Of a DNA stretch of 64,000 nucleotides, positions 26,443-37,300 are shown piece by piece. The DNA is from an uncultured Verrucomicrobiae bacterium. Lineage in GTDB: Bacteria > Verrucomicrobiota > Verrucomicrobiia > Chthoniobacterales > JAFAMB01. Position 1 is the stretch's first letter; each line of letters begins with the position of its first letter. The position numbers were made by a program, and so were the translations under genes. The stretch spans positions 2,944,001 through 3,008,000 of the forward strand of contig CAWIPH010000002.1 in assembly GCA_963837955.1 (NCBI GenBank), given 5' to 3'. Below the pieces are notes generated by a model. It was not told the origin of the DNA, ran no database searches, and was given only the letters and a program-made list of their open reading frames with translations.

Positions 26443-27898
26443 TCAGCTTCGAACGTTCGAAATGTTCACCTGCACAGATCCGGTTTGCTTGCGGCCGGCT
26501 AATTCTTCGCCAGCATATTCGGGCAAACGCGCAAAACTAAAGGTTGCCAGAAACGAAATAGCGCCTACCACCAGAAATGCAGGCCAAAAATCTGCCGGCG
26601 TCAGCGTCGGGCTACCCCGCAGCGCCAGCGTCAACTGCAGCACTGAAGCTCCGACGGTAACCCCCATACTGAGTGAGAACTGCTGCAACACACTTTGCAG
26701 ACTCGTCGCCGCACTCATTTTGGCCGGTTCGATTTCTGCATAGCTGATAGCGTTGATACAAGTAAACTCTAGTGATCGAAAAAATCCTCCCACAAATAGA
26801 ATTGCCACCATCAAAGGAATCGGCATATCCGGAGTAAATGCGGCCGGTGCGGCTACCAGGATGGCCGACACGACGGAGTTGAAAATCAGAACTCTTCGAA
26901 AACCCCATCTTCGCAGGATGCTGCCGGCGGCAGTCTTCATTCCAATTGCGCCAAGCGCGGTCACAAACGTCAAAAGGCCCGATCGGAGCGGGCTGAAACC
27001 AAAGCCCAGCTGTAACAACAGCGGTAACAATAGCGGGACCGCGCCGACTCCAATACGAAAAAGTGAACCGCCCACTGCACCGGCCCGAAAGGTTGGATAC
27101 CGGAACAGATCAAGATCAAGTATAGGAGCCGCTGTACGTCGAGCGTGCCGGACGTATAGCGCGATGCCAGCCAACCCTACCAGGAATAGGCCGACAACCA
27201 GCAGCGGCGAGACGGCGTTCGCGTCAAGGGCAGCGAAGGCAGATACCAACGCTGATAGACCAAGTCCCGAAAGCAAAAATCCGGGAAAGTCGAATGGCGC
27301 AACCTCCTCGCCGAACACGTCTGGGATAAAAAGAGTGGCCAGGATCAAGCCGAGAGCAGCGATCGGAAGATTGATCCAAAAGATCCAACGCCAAGTAAAA
27401 ACGGTCGTGATAAATCCACCGACCGGTGGACCAATCACCGGTCCGATCAGCGCGGGAATCGTAAGCCAGGCGAGCGCGCCGACGATCTCAGAACGCGGTA
27501 CGGTTCGAAGAATTACTAAGCGTCCGACCGGGACCATCATCGCTCCCCCCACTCCTTGTAATGCGCGAGCCGCTACCAGCCAGCCGATTGAATTCGCGAA
27601 TGCACAACAGGCCGAACCAATTGCGAAGATAACGATGGCAAGCCGAAAAATGAGCCGTGCGCCAAATCGATCCGCAAACCACCCGGACGCCGGGAATAAA
27701 AACCGCCAGCGTCACCAGATACGATGTGAGAGCCAATTTCAGTTGAATTGGATCCACCTGAAGATCCTTGGCGATCGCCGGCAACGCGGTCGAGAGAACG
27801 GTCGCATCGAGGTTCTCCATGAACAAAGCACAGGCCACGATCAATGGCACTAGGACGCGAAGCGGCAACCGTTTTCCCAATTGAGAAAAATCGTGCAT
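26443..27898 (-). pseudogene. DHA2-family MFS efflux gene with a +1 frameshift near 27692 (or a sequencing error)
   Basis: N-terminal part FMENLDATVLSTALP...LAVFIP continues as ASGWFADRFG...LQGVGGAMMVPVGR only after removing one base from ATTCCCGGCGTCC. Confidence 0.8.
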
Positions 27899-28256
27899 GG
27901 CGGGAAAGGAAATTGCCGCGCGATCGTGAATAAGCAACCGGTTAAGCTGCGCTTACCGGACTGTTCGCTCACCGGTGGCTTAAGCTGCTCGCCAAATAAC
28001 CGATTTCGATATTAAGTCCCACTGGTACAAAAGGTTATATTTTATGGTACTAGCGTTAGTTAGTGCTAACACACAGCTTTTTTTCTTTTGCCAAGCTCCC
28101 GATTTTAGCGCTTAACGACGAGTGTCGCCAATCCTTTGCTGGAGCGGAGTGGCGAGGAGATTACAAAGCTTTCATCTACTTTCACTTTACAACAAAGAAA
28201 TTTAGAACCAGCAGTAACGTGTTATTCGATCATGGATCGATCCTTAACGATGTAAT

Positions 28257-28889
28257 ATGAAGAAAATAATTGCCTTAGCCGTTGTCGGCTTTACGTCACA
28301 AGCCATAACCGGATTCGCAGGAGAACCTGTTGTACCCTCAAAAGAAGTAATAACTCCACCCGCACCTATCCAAGAACTTTACCGAGCGAATGAATGGCAG
28401 CTCGATCTGTTCGGTGCCTATGCACCGGCCGGCAAACATGGTAGCCGGTACCTCGGAGACCATGCCTGGGGCGGAGGCGCAGATATCAACTACTTCGTCA
28501 CGAAGTACTTTGGCCTAGGTTTAGAGGGAGACATTTTACGTGGCACGGGTGCTGTGCATTCCGGCGACGTCAGCGGCCAGTTCGCACTGAACGGGTTGGT
28601 CCGCTATCCCATCGGCAATTCCGGATGGGCGCCTTACGCATTTGCCGGGATCGGTGGGTTTGTTCCTGGGCAGAATTCAAACTTTTTCGAAACTGTCACC
28701 AACGGGGTGAGCCGAACAATCCGACAAAACAATCAAGACGATATCCTTTTGGAGGGTCACTTCGGCGGCGGACTCGAGTATCGTTTCAATCGGCACGTCG
28801 GAGTATTTGCGGACGGTCGCTACGAGATCGTAGATAAATCCAAAAATAACTTCGGTCTCGTCCGTACAGGCGTTCGGTTCGCGTTCTGA
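28257..28889 (+). CDS. Small outer-membrane beta-barrel (porin-family) protein
   Basis: Signal peptide; EWQLDLFGAY, APYAFAGIGG, HFGGGLEYRF, terminal VRFAF. Confidence 0.85.
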   Translation: MKKIIALAVVGFTSQAITGFAGEPVVPSKEVITPPAPIQELYRANEWQLDLFGAYAPAGKHGSRYLGDHAWGGGADINYFVTKYFGLGLEGDILRGTGAVHSGDVSGQFALNGLVRYPIGNSGWAPYAFAGIGGFVPGQNSNFFETVTNGVSRTIRQNNQDDILLEGHFGGGLEYRFNRHVGVFADGRYEIVDKSKNNFGLVRTGVRFAF

Positions 28890-29080
28890 TCGCGCTAAAA
28901 GCGACCATAAACTCAAGCGATGGCCAACCATACGTACGGTGGTTGGCCATTCCGCTGGCACGACGAAAAGCCGGCGCGCTTTGCCGCTCGTTCAGAACTT
29001 TGGAGCGCCGATCTTAAATCATGCTGGGTGAAAATCCTGCCCGATCGAGAGAAATTAGGGGCTGCTTAATGAGCTAGAGC

Positions 29081-29722
29081 CTAGCCGGAATACCATAGCA
29101 CGGCGCAAAAATGGCAAACGGTTCCAGCGAGTACGAAAAGATGCCACACAAGATGGCCGAAACGAATACGCTTATACGCATAAAAAATGGTGCCGACGGT
29201 ATACGCGATGCCGCCAGCCCCGATCAGAATTAATCCGGTCGGAGCGACATGATACCAAAACAGGCGGCCGGCCAGGATTGCGACCCACCCTAGCGCGAGA
29301 CAGAAACAGATGTTGGCGATCCGGTATTTCAAGCCACCACACACAATGAAAACGATGCCCGAAATCGCTAACGTCCAGATTGCAGCGAAGAGCGTCCATC
29401 CCCAAAAGCCACGCAAGGCACCGAGCAGGAACGGCGTGTAGGTGCCAGCGATTAAGAGAAAGATTGCGGCGTGATCGAACACACGGAAAATTTGCTTCAG
29501 TTGTCCATGACGCGTGATGTGATAAAGCGTAGAAAAAAAGTATAGCGAGAACACCGCGGTCCCGAAAACTACAGCGCCAGCTAGGGCAAAGCCGCTGCCT
29601 CGACCGACCGCCGACAGGATTAGTATCGGAATACCGACAATTGCAGCAAGCAAGCCGACCCCGTGGCTAATACAGTTGGCTATTTCTTCAGCCATTGATT
29701 GTACGTGCTCTGCCTTTGTCAT
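29081..29722 (-). CDS. Hemolysin III / PAQR family membrane protein
   Basis: EEIANCISHG, STLYH, DHAAIFLLIAGTYTPF, HLVWHLFVLAG. Confidence 0.92.
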   Translation of the reverse strand: MTKAEHVQSMAEEIANCISHGVGLLAAIVGIPILILSAVGRGSGFALAGAVVFGTAVFSLYFFSTLYHITRHGQLKQIFRVFDHAAIFLLIAGTYTPFLLGALRGFWGWTLFAAIWTLAISGIVFIVCGGLKYRIANICFCLALGWVAILAGRLFWYHVAPTGLILIGAGGIAYTVGTIFYAYKRIRFGHLVWHLFVLAGTVCHFCAVLWYSG

Positions 29723-29821
29723 TTGAAATCGGATATTTCCACACGACGGCAACACAAGCGACCTCATTTTAGCGTACGAGCGTCTGCTCGACTTCCCGAA
29801 AACACCGCTTAGCTTCAACTC

Positions 29822-30754
29822 ATGGCAAGGATCGCATCAACTAAACTCGAAGTATTTCCATTGGCACTGGGTGGCAACGTTTTTGGTTGGACCGCCGATG
29901 AGAAAACGTCCTTCGCCGTCCTGGATGCCTATGCGACCGCGGGCGGTAATTTCATCGATACGGCTGATGTCTATTCAGCTTGGGCACCCGGCAACTCAGG
30001 CGGCGAATCCGAAACGATCATCGGGCGTTGGCTCAAGGATCGGGGCAATCGACAAAGGATGATTATCGCTACGAAAGTCGGCATGCATCCAAAGTTGTCC
30101 GGCTTATCGGCTCGCACGATCCATTCAGCCGCCGAAGAGTCTTTGCGGCGCCTGCAAACTGATTACATCGACCTGTATTTTGCGCATGTGGATGACGAAA
30201 GCACGCCATTCGAAGAGACGCTTGGGGCATTCGACCAACTTATCCAGGATGGCAAGATCCGCTACGTTGCGGCATCGAACTATTCAGCTGCTCGATTGCA
30301 AGACGCTTTAGCGACATCCGATCGCGAAGGCTTCGCGCGGTACGTTGCGCTTCAGCAACATTATAACCTGGTTGAACGGGATAAGTATGAAGGCGAGTTA
30401 GCCGATCTGGTCGCTCGGGAAGGCTTATCGTCAATCCCCTATTTTGCTGTAGCCTCAGGCTTCCTTACTGGAAAGTACCGGCCGGGCGCGAAAGTTGAAA
30501 GCCAACGAGCGGAAAGAGCTGGAGCGTATCTGAACGACAAGGGACTCAGAATCCTAGCGGTTCTGGACGAGGTTGCAGCTGCCCACGACGCTCCGGTGGC
30601 CTCGGTAGCTCTGGCCTGGCTCGCCGCTCAGCCGACGGTCGTCGCACCAATCGCCAGCGCTCGAACTCCAGATCAGTTGCCCGAACTTTTGCGGGTCGCT
30701 GATCTAAGGCTGACCAAAGACGAGTTGCACCGATTATCGGCAGCGAGCGCGTAG
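29822..30754 (+). CDS. Aldo/keto reductase
   Basis: LGGNVFGWT, FIDTADVY, IATKVG, IDLYFAH, GFLTGKYR. Confidence 0.93.
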   Translation: MARIASTKLEVFPLALGGNVFGWTADEKTSFAVLDAYATAGGNFIDTADVYSAWAPGNSGGESETIIGRWLKDRGNRQRMIIATKVGMHPKLSGLSARTIHSAAEESLRRLQTDYIDLYFAHVDDESTPFEETLGAFDQLIQDGKIRYVAASNYSAARLQDALATSDREGFARYVALQQHYNLVERDKYEGELADLVAREGLSSIPYFAVASGFLTGKYRPGAKVESQRAERAGAYLNDKGLRILAVLDEVAAAHDAPVASVALAWLAAQPTVVAPIASARTPDQLPELLRVADLRLTKDELHRLSAASA

Positions 30755-30755
30755 G

Positions 30756-30950
30756 AAACGTTGGTAACGCCGGGATCGCCGGGATCGCCGACAACGCTTG
30801 AACACCGACAACGTCCTGGATTCCGCTCGGCGGGAGCCGGCCCTGCCGTTTTGCGTCTCCCGCATTCAGTATTCCCACCTACCTTTCACTTCTCACCGTT
30901 CACCCGTTCCCGGCGATGACGGCGTTCCCGGCGTTCCCGGCGCTCCCGGG
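30756..30950. mobile_element. Second copy of the MITE/REP-like element, inverted relative to 4022-4277
   Basis: Ends built from AACGCCGGG/ATCGCCGGG and CCCGGCGTT units; core GCGGGAGCC...TCTCCCGCATT...TATTCC.ACCTACCTTTCAC matches the reverse complement of ~4090-4183. Confidence 0.7.
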
Positions 30951-31237
30951 CGTCTGCTCGACTTCCCAAAAAGACCGCTTAGCTTCAACTCATGGCAAGG
31001 ATCGCATCAACCAAACTCGAGGTATTTCCATTGCCATTGGGTGACAACGTTTTTGGTTGGACTGCCGATGAGAAAACGTCCTACGCCGGCCTGGATGCCT
31101 ATGCGGCCGCGGGCGGTAATTTCATCGACGCCGCTGATGTCTACTCAGGTTGGGCGCTCGACAATTCCGGTGGTGAATCAGAAACGATTATCGGGCGCTG
31201 GCTCAAGGATAACGGCGATTCCTCATCTGATGCTTGA
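30951..31237 (+). pseudogene. Partial duplicate of the aldo/keto reductase 5' region (41-bp leader plus ~73 codons)
   Basis: Direct repeat of 29781-~30040; ORF 30992-31237 begins MARIASTKLEVFPLPLGDNVFGWT and ends early. Confidence 0.88.
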
Positions 31238-32279
31238 TTTGGTTCGACTTCTTTTGGCGTTGCTAGTCCTATTCTCGCATCTGTCGGGCCAGGAAAACTG
31301 CGAGCACTTCGGGACCTACGCTGTATTCGGATTTTACATTATCAGTGGTTACCTGATTACCGCCGTCAGTCGAAGTACTTACAATCTCTCTTTCCGGGGG
31401 GGTGGAGCTTTCCTATTGAATCGGTTCTTGCGTATTTATCCTGCCTACTACGCCGTGACTATTCTTTCACTTTGCGCAGTTCTCGTTTTCGGTGACCGAG
31501 CGGCGCAATTCAATTCCTCGCTGCAAGTCCCAAGAACTCCCGCGGAGATCCTTAGTAACCTGCTGATTCTTCCTTTGCTTCCAACGGGCTCGATAAGATT
31601 GATCCCGCCGTCATGGTCGCTGGCAGTCGAACTCGTTTACTATCTCGTGTTGTGGTTATTGTTATCCCGTTCTTTTCGGCTGGCTCTTGCAGCGGGGGTT
31701 CTCGGATCGGTTTACACTCTAGGTCTCGTTCTCGTAGGCGCTTCCTGGTATCATCGATATTTCGATCTGAAACCGAGCCTTCTTCCTTTCGCGATCGGAG
31801 CTTGTCTTTATTTTATGAAAGAGCGCAGTTTGCTCCGACAGGTCCGACCTTGGACTTTTCTGGCCGCATTGGTCTTTTTCACTCTGAATCTCGCCCTGAC
31901 GATGCTCTTGCCAATGGAACAACGAATGGCAGCTCCGTTCTATCTGAACTTGTTGATCATCACATTTCTGATTGCCGGCGCGCTGCACGTGCAGATCGAA
32001 AATCAAAAATTGCGAGGATTCTGCAAGTATCTCGGGAAGATTTCGTATCCTCTCTATTTGGTTCATTGGCTAGCCGGCCTACTCGTGGGTCAGTGCGTCC
32101 TCCACTCGAACACGCCCAACTGGCCTCTTTTGGTGACGACGCTGCCGGTCGCGTTTGGTTCTGCCTGTCTGATCGTTCACTTCGTTGACCAGCCCATGGA
32201 TCGACTTCGAGATCGCATAAAAATCCTATTGCAGCGAAACCGCCCTGCGACCCTGACAAGTTCACCTGCCGCACCGTGA
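31230..32279 (+). CDS. Acyltransferase family 3 (OafA-like) membrane protein
   Basis: LDLVRLLLALLVLFSH, FYIISGYLI, NRFLRIYP, SWSLAVELVYY, LGKISYPLYLVH; likely start ATG 31230. Confidence 0.9.
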   Translation: MLDLVRLLLALLVLFSHLSGQENCEHFGTYAVFGFYIISGYLITAVSRSTYNLSFRGGGAFLLNRFLRIYPAYYAVTILSLCAVLVFGDRAAQFNSSLQVPRTPAEILSNLLILPLLPTGSIRLIPPSWSLAVELVYYLVLWLLLSRSFRLALAAGVLGSVYTLGLVLVGASWYHRYFDLKPSLLPFAIGACLYFMKERSLLRQVRPWTFLAALVFFTLNLALTMLLPMEQRMAAPFYLNLLIITFLIAGALHVQIENQKLRGFCKYLGKISYPLYLVHWLAGLLVGQCVLHSNTPNWPLLVTTLPVAFGSACLIVHFVDQPMDRLRDRIKILLQRNRPATLTSSPAAP

Positions 32280-32464
32280 TGCAGACCCGTCTGACTAGCG
32301 AGAGAGAAAAGTCAGTACGCGCAGTTCGCAGGCGTTTATATAATCACCATACTTGCGGTAACAGGCATCGTTTTGATCAATTTGTTTGGGTATTACTCGA
32401 AGATTTTTGACCGAATTGCTAATGACTGAACACTCGTGGTCGACTTGAATAAGAAATACAAAAT

Positions 32465-34375
32465 ATGCTGCAGCAGGAAGCGGAAAGACCGACTCCGCCA
32501 ACGAGTGGCCATGCCTTTAAATTTAGTAACTTCGATCGCGCTGAGGAATCGTCGCGATTCGGCCCAGCGGATCGGTTAGTTCATGATTTACTTGAGGAAC
32601 AGGCACGGCTGCGACCAGACACCGTCGCGGTCCGCTATGGTAGCCAATCCCTGACCTATTGGGACCTCAATCTTCGGGCAAATCGCCTGGCGAGTTTCCT
32701 AAAATCTCGTGGAGTTAGCCAGGGTGTCTTTGTCGCGCTCTGCGCGGAGCGCTCGCTTGAGCAGATGGTAGCAGTGCCTGCAATTTTGAAAGCTGGCGCC
32801 GCCTATGTGCCGCTTGATCCGGCGTATCCGTCCGAACGTCTAGCCTTTATGCTCGAGGACTGTGGTGCGCCTTTGATTTTGACGCAAAGTGCGCTGGCTG
32901 GCTCGTTGCCGGCCCACCGAGCCGAAACCGTGCGCCTCGACACGATCGACCTTAGCGCGCCATCTGCCGACGAAAACCCGACCAGATTCGTTTCTCCGGA
33001 GAGCCCCGTTTATATCATCTACACCTCGGGTTCAACCGGTAAACCAAAAGGGGTGGTGATGCCCCATCGTCCGCTGGTCAATTTGTTGCACTGGCAAAAA
33101 CACGTCCTGCCCGCTGCTGCGCGGACTCTGCAATTCGCACCACTGAGCTTCGACGTTTCGTTTCAGGAGATTTTTTCGACTTGGCACGCAGGTGGAACCT
33201 TGTTCTTGATCGATGAGGCGTTACGACGGGACGCATCGCGTCTTTGGGAATTCATCGTGCGCGAAGAAATCGAGCGTCTTTTCTTACCATTTGTTGCGCT
33301 GCAACAGCTTGCTGAAGTCGCCACCCAACCGTGCAAGTTGTGCGACGTTATCACCGCCGGAGAACAATTGCGGATCACGCCGCCGATTCGGCGGATGTTC
33401 CGCAACCTGAAAGGCTCCACCCTCCACAACCATTATGGGCCTTCGGAAACTCATGTTGTAACCGCGTACACCCTCGGAGGTATGCCGGACGATTGGCCAC
33501 CGCTGCCCCCGATCGGTCGGCCGATTCCCAACACGATGATCCATCTGATCGACGAGAATGGCCAAAAAGCGGAGGCCGGTGAATTGTGCATCGGCGGTGA
33601 ATGCTTGTGCCGAGGCTATCTCGACCGGCCGCAACTCACAGCGGACAAGTTTGTGACTCTCGACACCGGCGAGCTCATTTACAAAAGCGGAGACCTCGCA
33701 CGCCGCCTGCCGGACGGCGATCTAGAATTTCTCGGTCGCATAGACGGACAGGCCAAGGTGCGCGGCTTTCGGGTGGAACCTGGAGAAATTGAGATTATGC
33801 TGAGCGAGCATCCCACGGTGCGCGACATAGTCGTTGTCGCGAAATCTGATGCGAGCGGAAACAATCGGCTGATCGCGTACGTCATCGGTGGACAGAATTT
33901 CACCGTCGGCACACTTCGCGACTTCGCCCGACAGAAATTACCTGACTATCTAGTGCCATCGCTGTTCGTTGCGCTACCCGCCTTCCCGCTCACGCCGAGC
34001 GGCAAAGTCGACCGGCGGTCACTCCCGGCGCCCGAAGCATTAACCGCTGTAGGTGGCGTTACCCAGCCGCAAGGAGATCTGGAGAAAACGATCGCCGAAA
34101 TTTGGCGCGAAGCACTTGGTCATTCGAATTTCGGTGCCGACGAGAATTTTTTTGATGCCGGTGGCGATTCGCTGCGCATGACACGGGTCCACGTCAAGCT
34201 GCGTGAGCTTTTTGGCGACAGCCTCGAAATCGCCACGCTTTTCGAGCACCCCACGATCCGTCGCATCTCGTCGCATCTTGGTACGAACCCAAATAACAAT
34301 TTTTCCAAGCAAATTTTAGAGCGCGCTGCGAAGCAGAAACAAGCATTCGCGGCGAAACGAAGACTGGCAACATGA
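32465..34375 (+). CDS. Stand-alone NRPS loading module A-T, predicted proline-specific
   Basis: YTSGSTGKPKG, YGPSETH, YKSGDL, GKVDR, GGDS. Hand-read specificity code DVQFIAHVVK is close to the known Pro codes (DVQxIAHVVK). Confidence 0.92.
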   Translation: MLQQEAERPTPPTSGHAFKFSNFDRAEESSRFGPADRLVHDLLEEQARLRPDTVAVRYGSQSLTYWDLNLRANRLASFLKSRGVSQGVFVALCAERSLEQMVAVPAILKAGAAYVPLDPAYPSERLAFMLEDCGAPLILTQSALAGSLPAHRAETVRLDTIDLSAPSADENPTRFVSPESPVYIIYTSGSTGKPKGVVMPHRPLVNLLHWQKHVLPAAARTLQFAPLSFDVSFQEIFSTWHAGGTLFLIDEALRRDASRLWEFIVREEIERLFLPFVALQQLAEVATQPCKLCDVITAGEQLRITPPIRRMFRNLKGSTLHNHYGPSETHVVTAYTLGGMPDDWPPLPPIGRPIPNTMIHLIDENGQKAEAGELCIGGECLCRGYLDRPQLTADKFVTLDTGELIYKSGDLARRLPDGDLEFLGRIDGQAKVRGFRVEPGEIEIMLSEHPTVRDIVVVAKSDASGNNRLIAYVIGGQNFTVGTLRDFARQKLPDYLVPSLFVALPAFPLTPSGKVDRRSLPAPEALTAVGGVTQPQGDLEKTIAEIWREALGHSNFGADENFFDAGGDSLRMTRVHVKLRELFGDSLEIATLFEHPTIRRISSHLGTNPNNNFSKQILERAAKQKQAFAAKRRLAT

Positions 34376-37300
34376 GCAACGAAGGCATAGCGATCATTGG
34401 GATAGCCGGGCGATTCCCCGGCGCACCAAACATCGACGAGTTCTGGCGAAACATTTGCGGCGGCGTGGAGTCGATTGCCCGGTTCGATGACCATGAACTC
34501 GTTGCGTCAGGCGTCGATCCCGCCGCGCTGTCCAACCCGTCCTACGTCAAGGCGCGCGGGCTACTCGCGGGGGTTGACTTGTTCGACGCCCAATTTTTTG
34601 GCTTCACGCCACGCGAAGCTGAGTTGATGGATCCGCAGCATCGTGTGTTCCTCGAGACGGCGTGGCATGCACTCGAGGACGCCGGCTACAACTCGGAGAA
34701 ATTCAAGGGCGCGATCGGCGTGTACGCTGGGCTGAGCCTCAACACTTATCTGCTCGCTAATCTTTGCCGGGAGCCAAAAGTTGCTGCAGAACTAACCGCC
34801 AACTATCAAACTGGTGAATACCAGACCCTGCTCGGCAACGACAAAGATTACCTTACCACCCGCGTTTCTTACAAGCTCGATCTCCGCGGCCCGAGCATGA
34901 CCATCCAGACAGCTTGCTCGACATCGCTGGTCGCGGTCGCGCAGGCGTGCCAAAGCCTGCTCAACTATCAGTGTGATATAGCCATGGCAGGTGCGGTCTC
35001 GATTTCGTTCCCGCAAAAACGCGGACATCTGCACGAACAGGGTGGTCTGGCGTCAGATGACGGTCATTGTCGCGCATTCGATGCCAAGGCACAGGGGACT
35101 GTCTTTGGTGACGGCGTGGGCATCGTCGTGCTCAAGCGACTCGACGAAGCGGTCGCCGATCGTGACCACATATATGCCGTAATTACTGGTTACGCCCTGA
35201 ACAACGACGGGGCCTCAAAGGTCGGCTACACCGCACCAAGCGTCAGCGGCCAGGCAGAGGTGATTGCCATGGCACACGCAATGGCGGGAATTGATCCACA
35301 GACGATCAGCTACGTCGAGGCACACGGAACTGCCACACCGATGGGAGATCCGATCGAGATCGCCGGGCTTACCCAGGCGTTTCGGGCAAGTACCGACGCA
35401 AAAAATTTCTGTGCAATTGGTTCGGTAAAAACAAACATTGGTCATCTCGAAGTCGCCGCTGGGGTGGCCGGTCTGATCAAAACCGCCCTTGCGCTCAAGC
35501 ACAATAAGATCCCACCGAGTCTGCATTTCGAGCGGCCTAATTCGCAGATTAACTTTGCCGCCACCCCGTTTTTCGTGGCGTCAAAGCTACTCGGCTGGTC
35601 GCGCAACGGTACACCCCGCCGGGCCGGTGTGAGCTCATTCGGCGTAGGGGGAACAAATGCCCACGTTGTGCTAGAGGAAGCACCGGAAAGCGCTGCCCTA
35701 CTCGCTCCGGATCGCGCCCTGCATCTTCTCTTGCTTTCGGCCAAGACACGCCAATCACTTGAGGCCGCAACGAGCGCACTAGTTCAGCATTTGCAATACC
35801 ACCCCGAACTCGAAATCCCCGACACTGCTTACACGCTGCAGGTGGGACGCAGGCCGTTCGAGCATCGGCGAATGGTGTTCGTCCGCGACGTGGCGGATGC
35901 GATCGAGGTGCTGCACAAGCGCGACGTAGCGCGCGTATTCACGCGGCAGACCTCACCGAGGCCAACGGAGCCTGTGACCGCAAGTGACAGCCTAAGCACG
36001 CTGGCGAATCGCTGGTTGAATGGCGAGGATATCGATTGGGCTGCATTCTATACACAATCAAATGAATTACGCCGTCGCGTGCCGCTCCCCGGATACGTCT
36101 TTGAGCGCAAGAAACATTGGGTTGAACCGGTTAAACTCGGGAATAACGCAGCTCCGGCCGTCGCATTGCAGCCAACGGCTGGCCCAGCCACAGGGTCGCC
36201 TCCCACTTTGAGCTCGTCTCCTTCGACCCAACCCGCACTCGTATCAGACCAAGCCGTGAGCAACGAATCACGAAGGGATCGGATTCTGGCCAAACTCAAG
36301 AGCATACTAAAAAATCTGTCCGGGCAAGAACTGAGTGATGCCGATCCCTCCGCAACATTCTTCGAGCTTGGATTCGATTCGCTCTTCCTGACGCAGGCCG
36401 GCCAGACCTTCCGGAAGGAATTTGGCGTCAAGGTCACATTCAGGCAGCTACTCGAGGAACTGGCTACGCTTGACGCGCTGGCCACTCACCTTGACGAGAA
36501 GCTACCTCCTGACCAGCAGGCGCAACCGAATCCGGTGCTAGCAACTTCTCTCGCAGTAGAAAAACCTGCGCCGCTCGATGCCGGCACCGTGACTCCACAG
36601 CCGGCGGTCCAATCCAGTTTACTCGATCAAATGTCACAACAGCTCGCGGCGATTGCGAAGCAACTCGACGCGTTGCGCGGAGGCCAGGTGAATGCTGGCG
36701 CTAGCACCGGTAGCGCGACGCCATCGAGAATCGAGCCGGTTACCGTCAGCAGCTCAACGAAAGGCTCATCCAACGGAGAACCGAAGCGCTTCGGTCCCTT
36801 CAAGCCGATCGATAAGGTATCATCGAGTGGATTAACCGAACGCCAGCAGAAACATCTTGATACGCTGACAGCTCGCTACAACGCCCGTACACCAAAATCA
36901 AAAACTCAGACCCAAAAGCATCGCCAACAGTTTGCTGACCCACGCGCCGTGTCGAGCTTCAACCGCGCATGGAAAGAGATGGTCTATCCGATTTTTGTGG
37001 AGCGCTCCGAGGGTGCCCGGATGTGGGATGTCGATGGCAACGAATACATCGACCTAACGATGGGGTTTGGCACGAATCTTCTGGGCCACGCGCCGCAATT
37101 CATCAAAGACGCAATTGCTGCACAGCTCACACGCGGAATGGAGGTCGGCCCCTCGACGCCGCTGGCCAGCGACGTTGCTGCGTTGATGTGCGAACTCACC
37201 GGCATGGATCGAGTAGCGTTTTGTAACACCGGCTCTGAAGCCGTGCTGGCCGCCATCCGTGTGGCGCGGACGGTCACTGGCCGGTCCCGCATCGCCACTA

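Noticed and set aside
26753..27853. 366-aa plus-strand ORF
   Set aside because: Antisense shadow of the MFS gene; no recognisable domain.
28040..28070. CIRCE or sigma54 site upstream of the porin gene
   Set aside because: Only a half-site (AGTGCTAA) is present, and the TGGTAC boxes lack the -12 TTGC.
30798..31229. 144-aa N-terminal extension of the acyltransferase ORF
   Set aside because: It is read-through of MITE DNA and an off-frame aldo/keto reductase duplicate; family motifs begin at ATG 31230.
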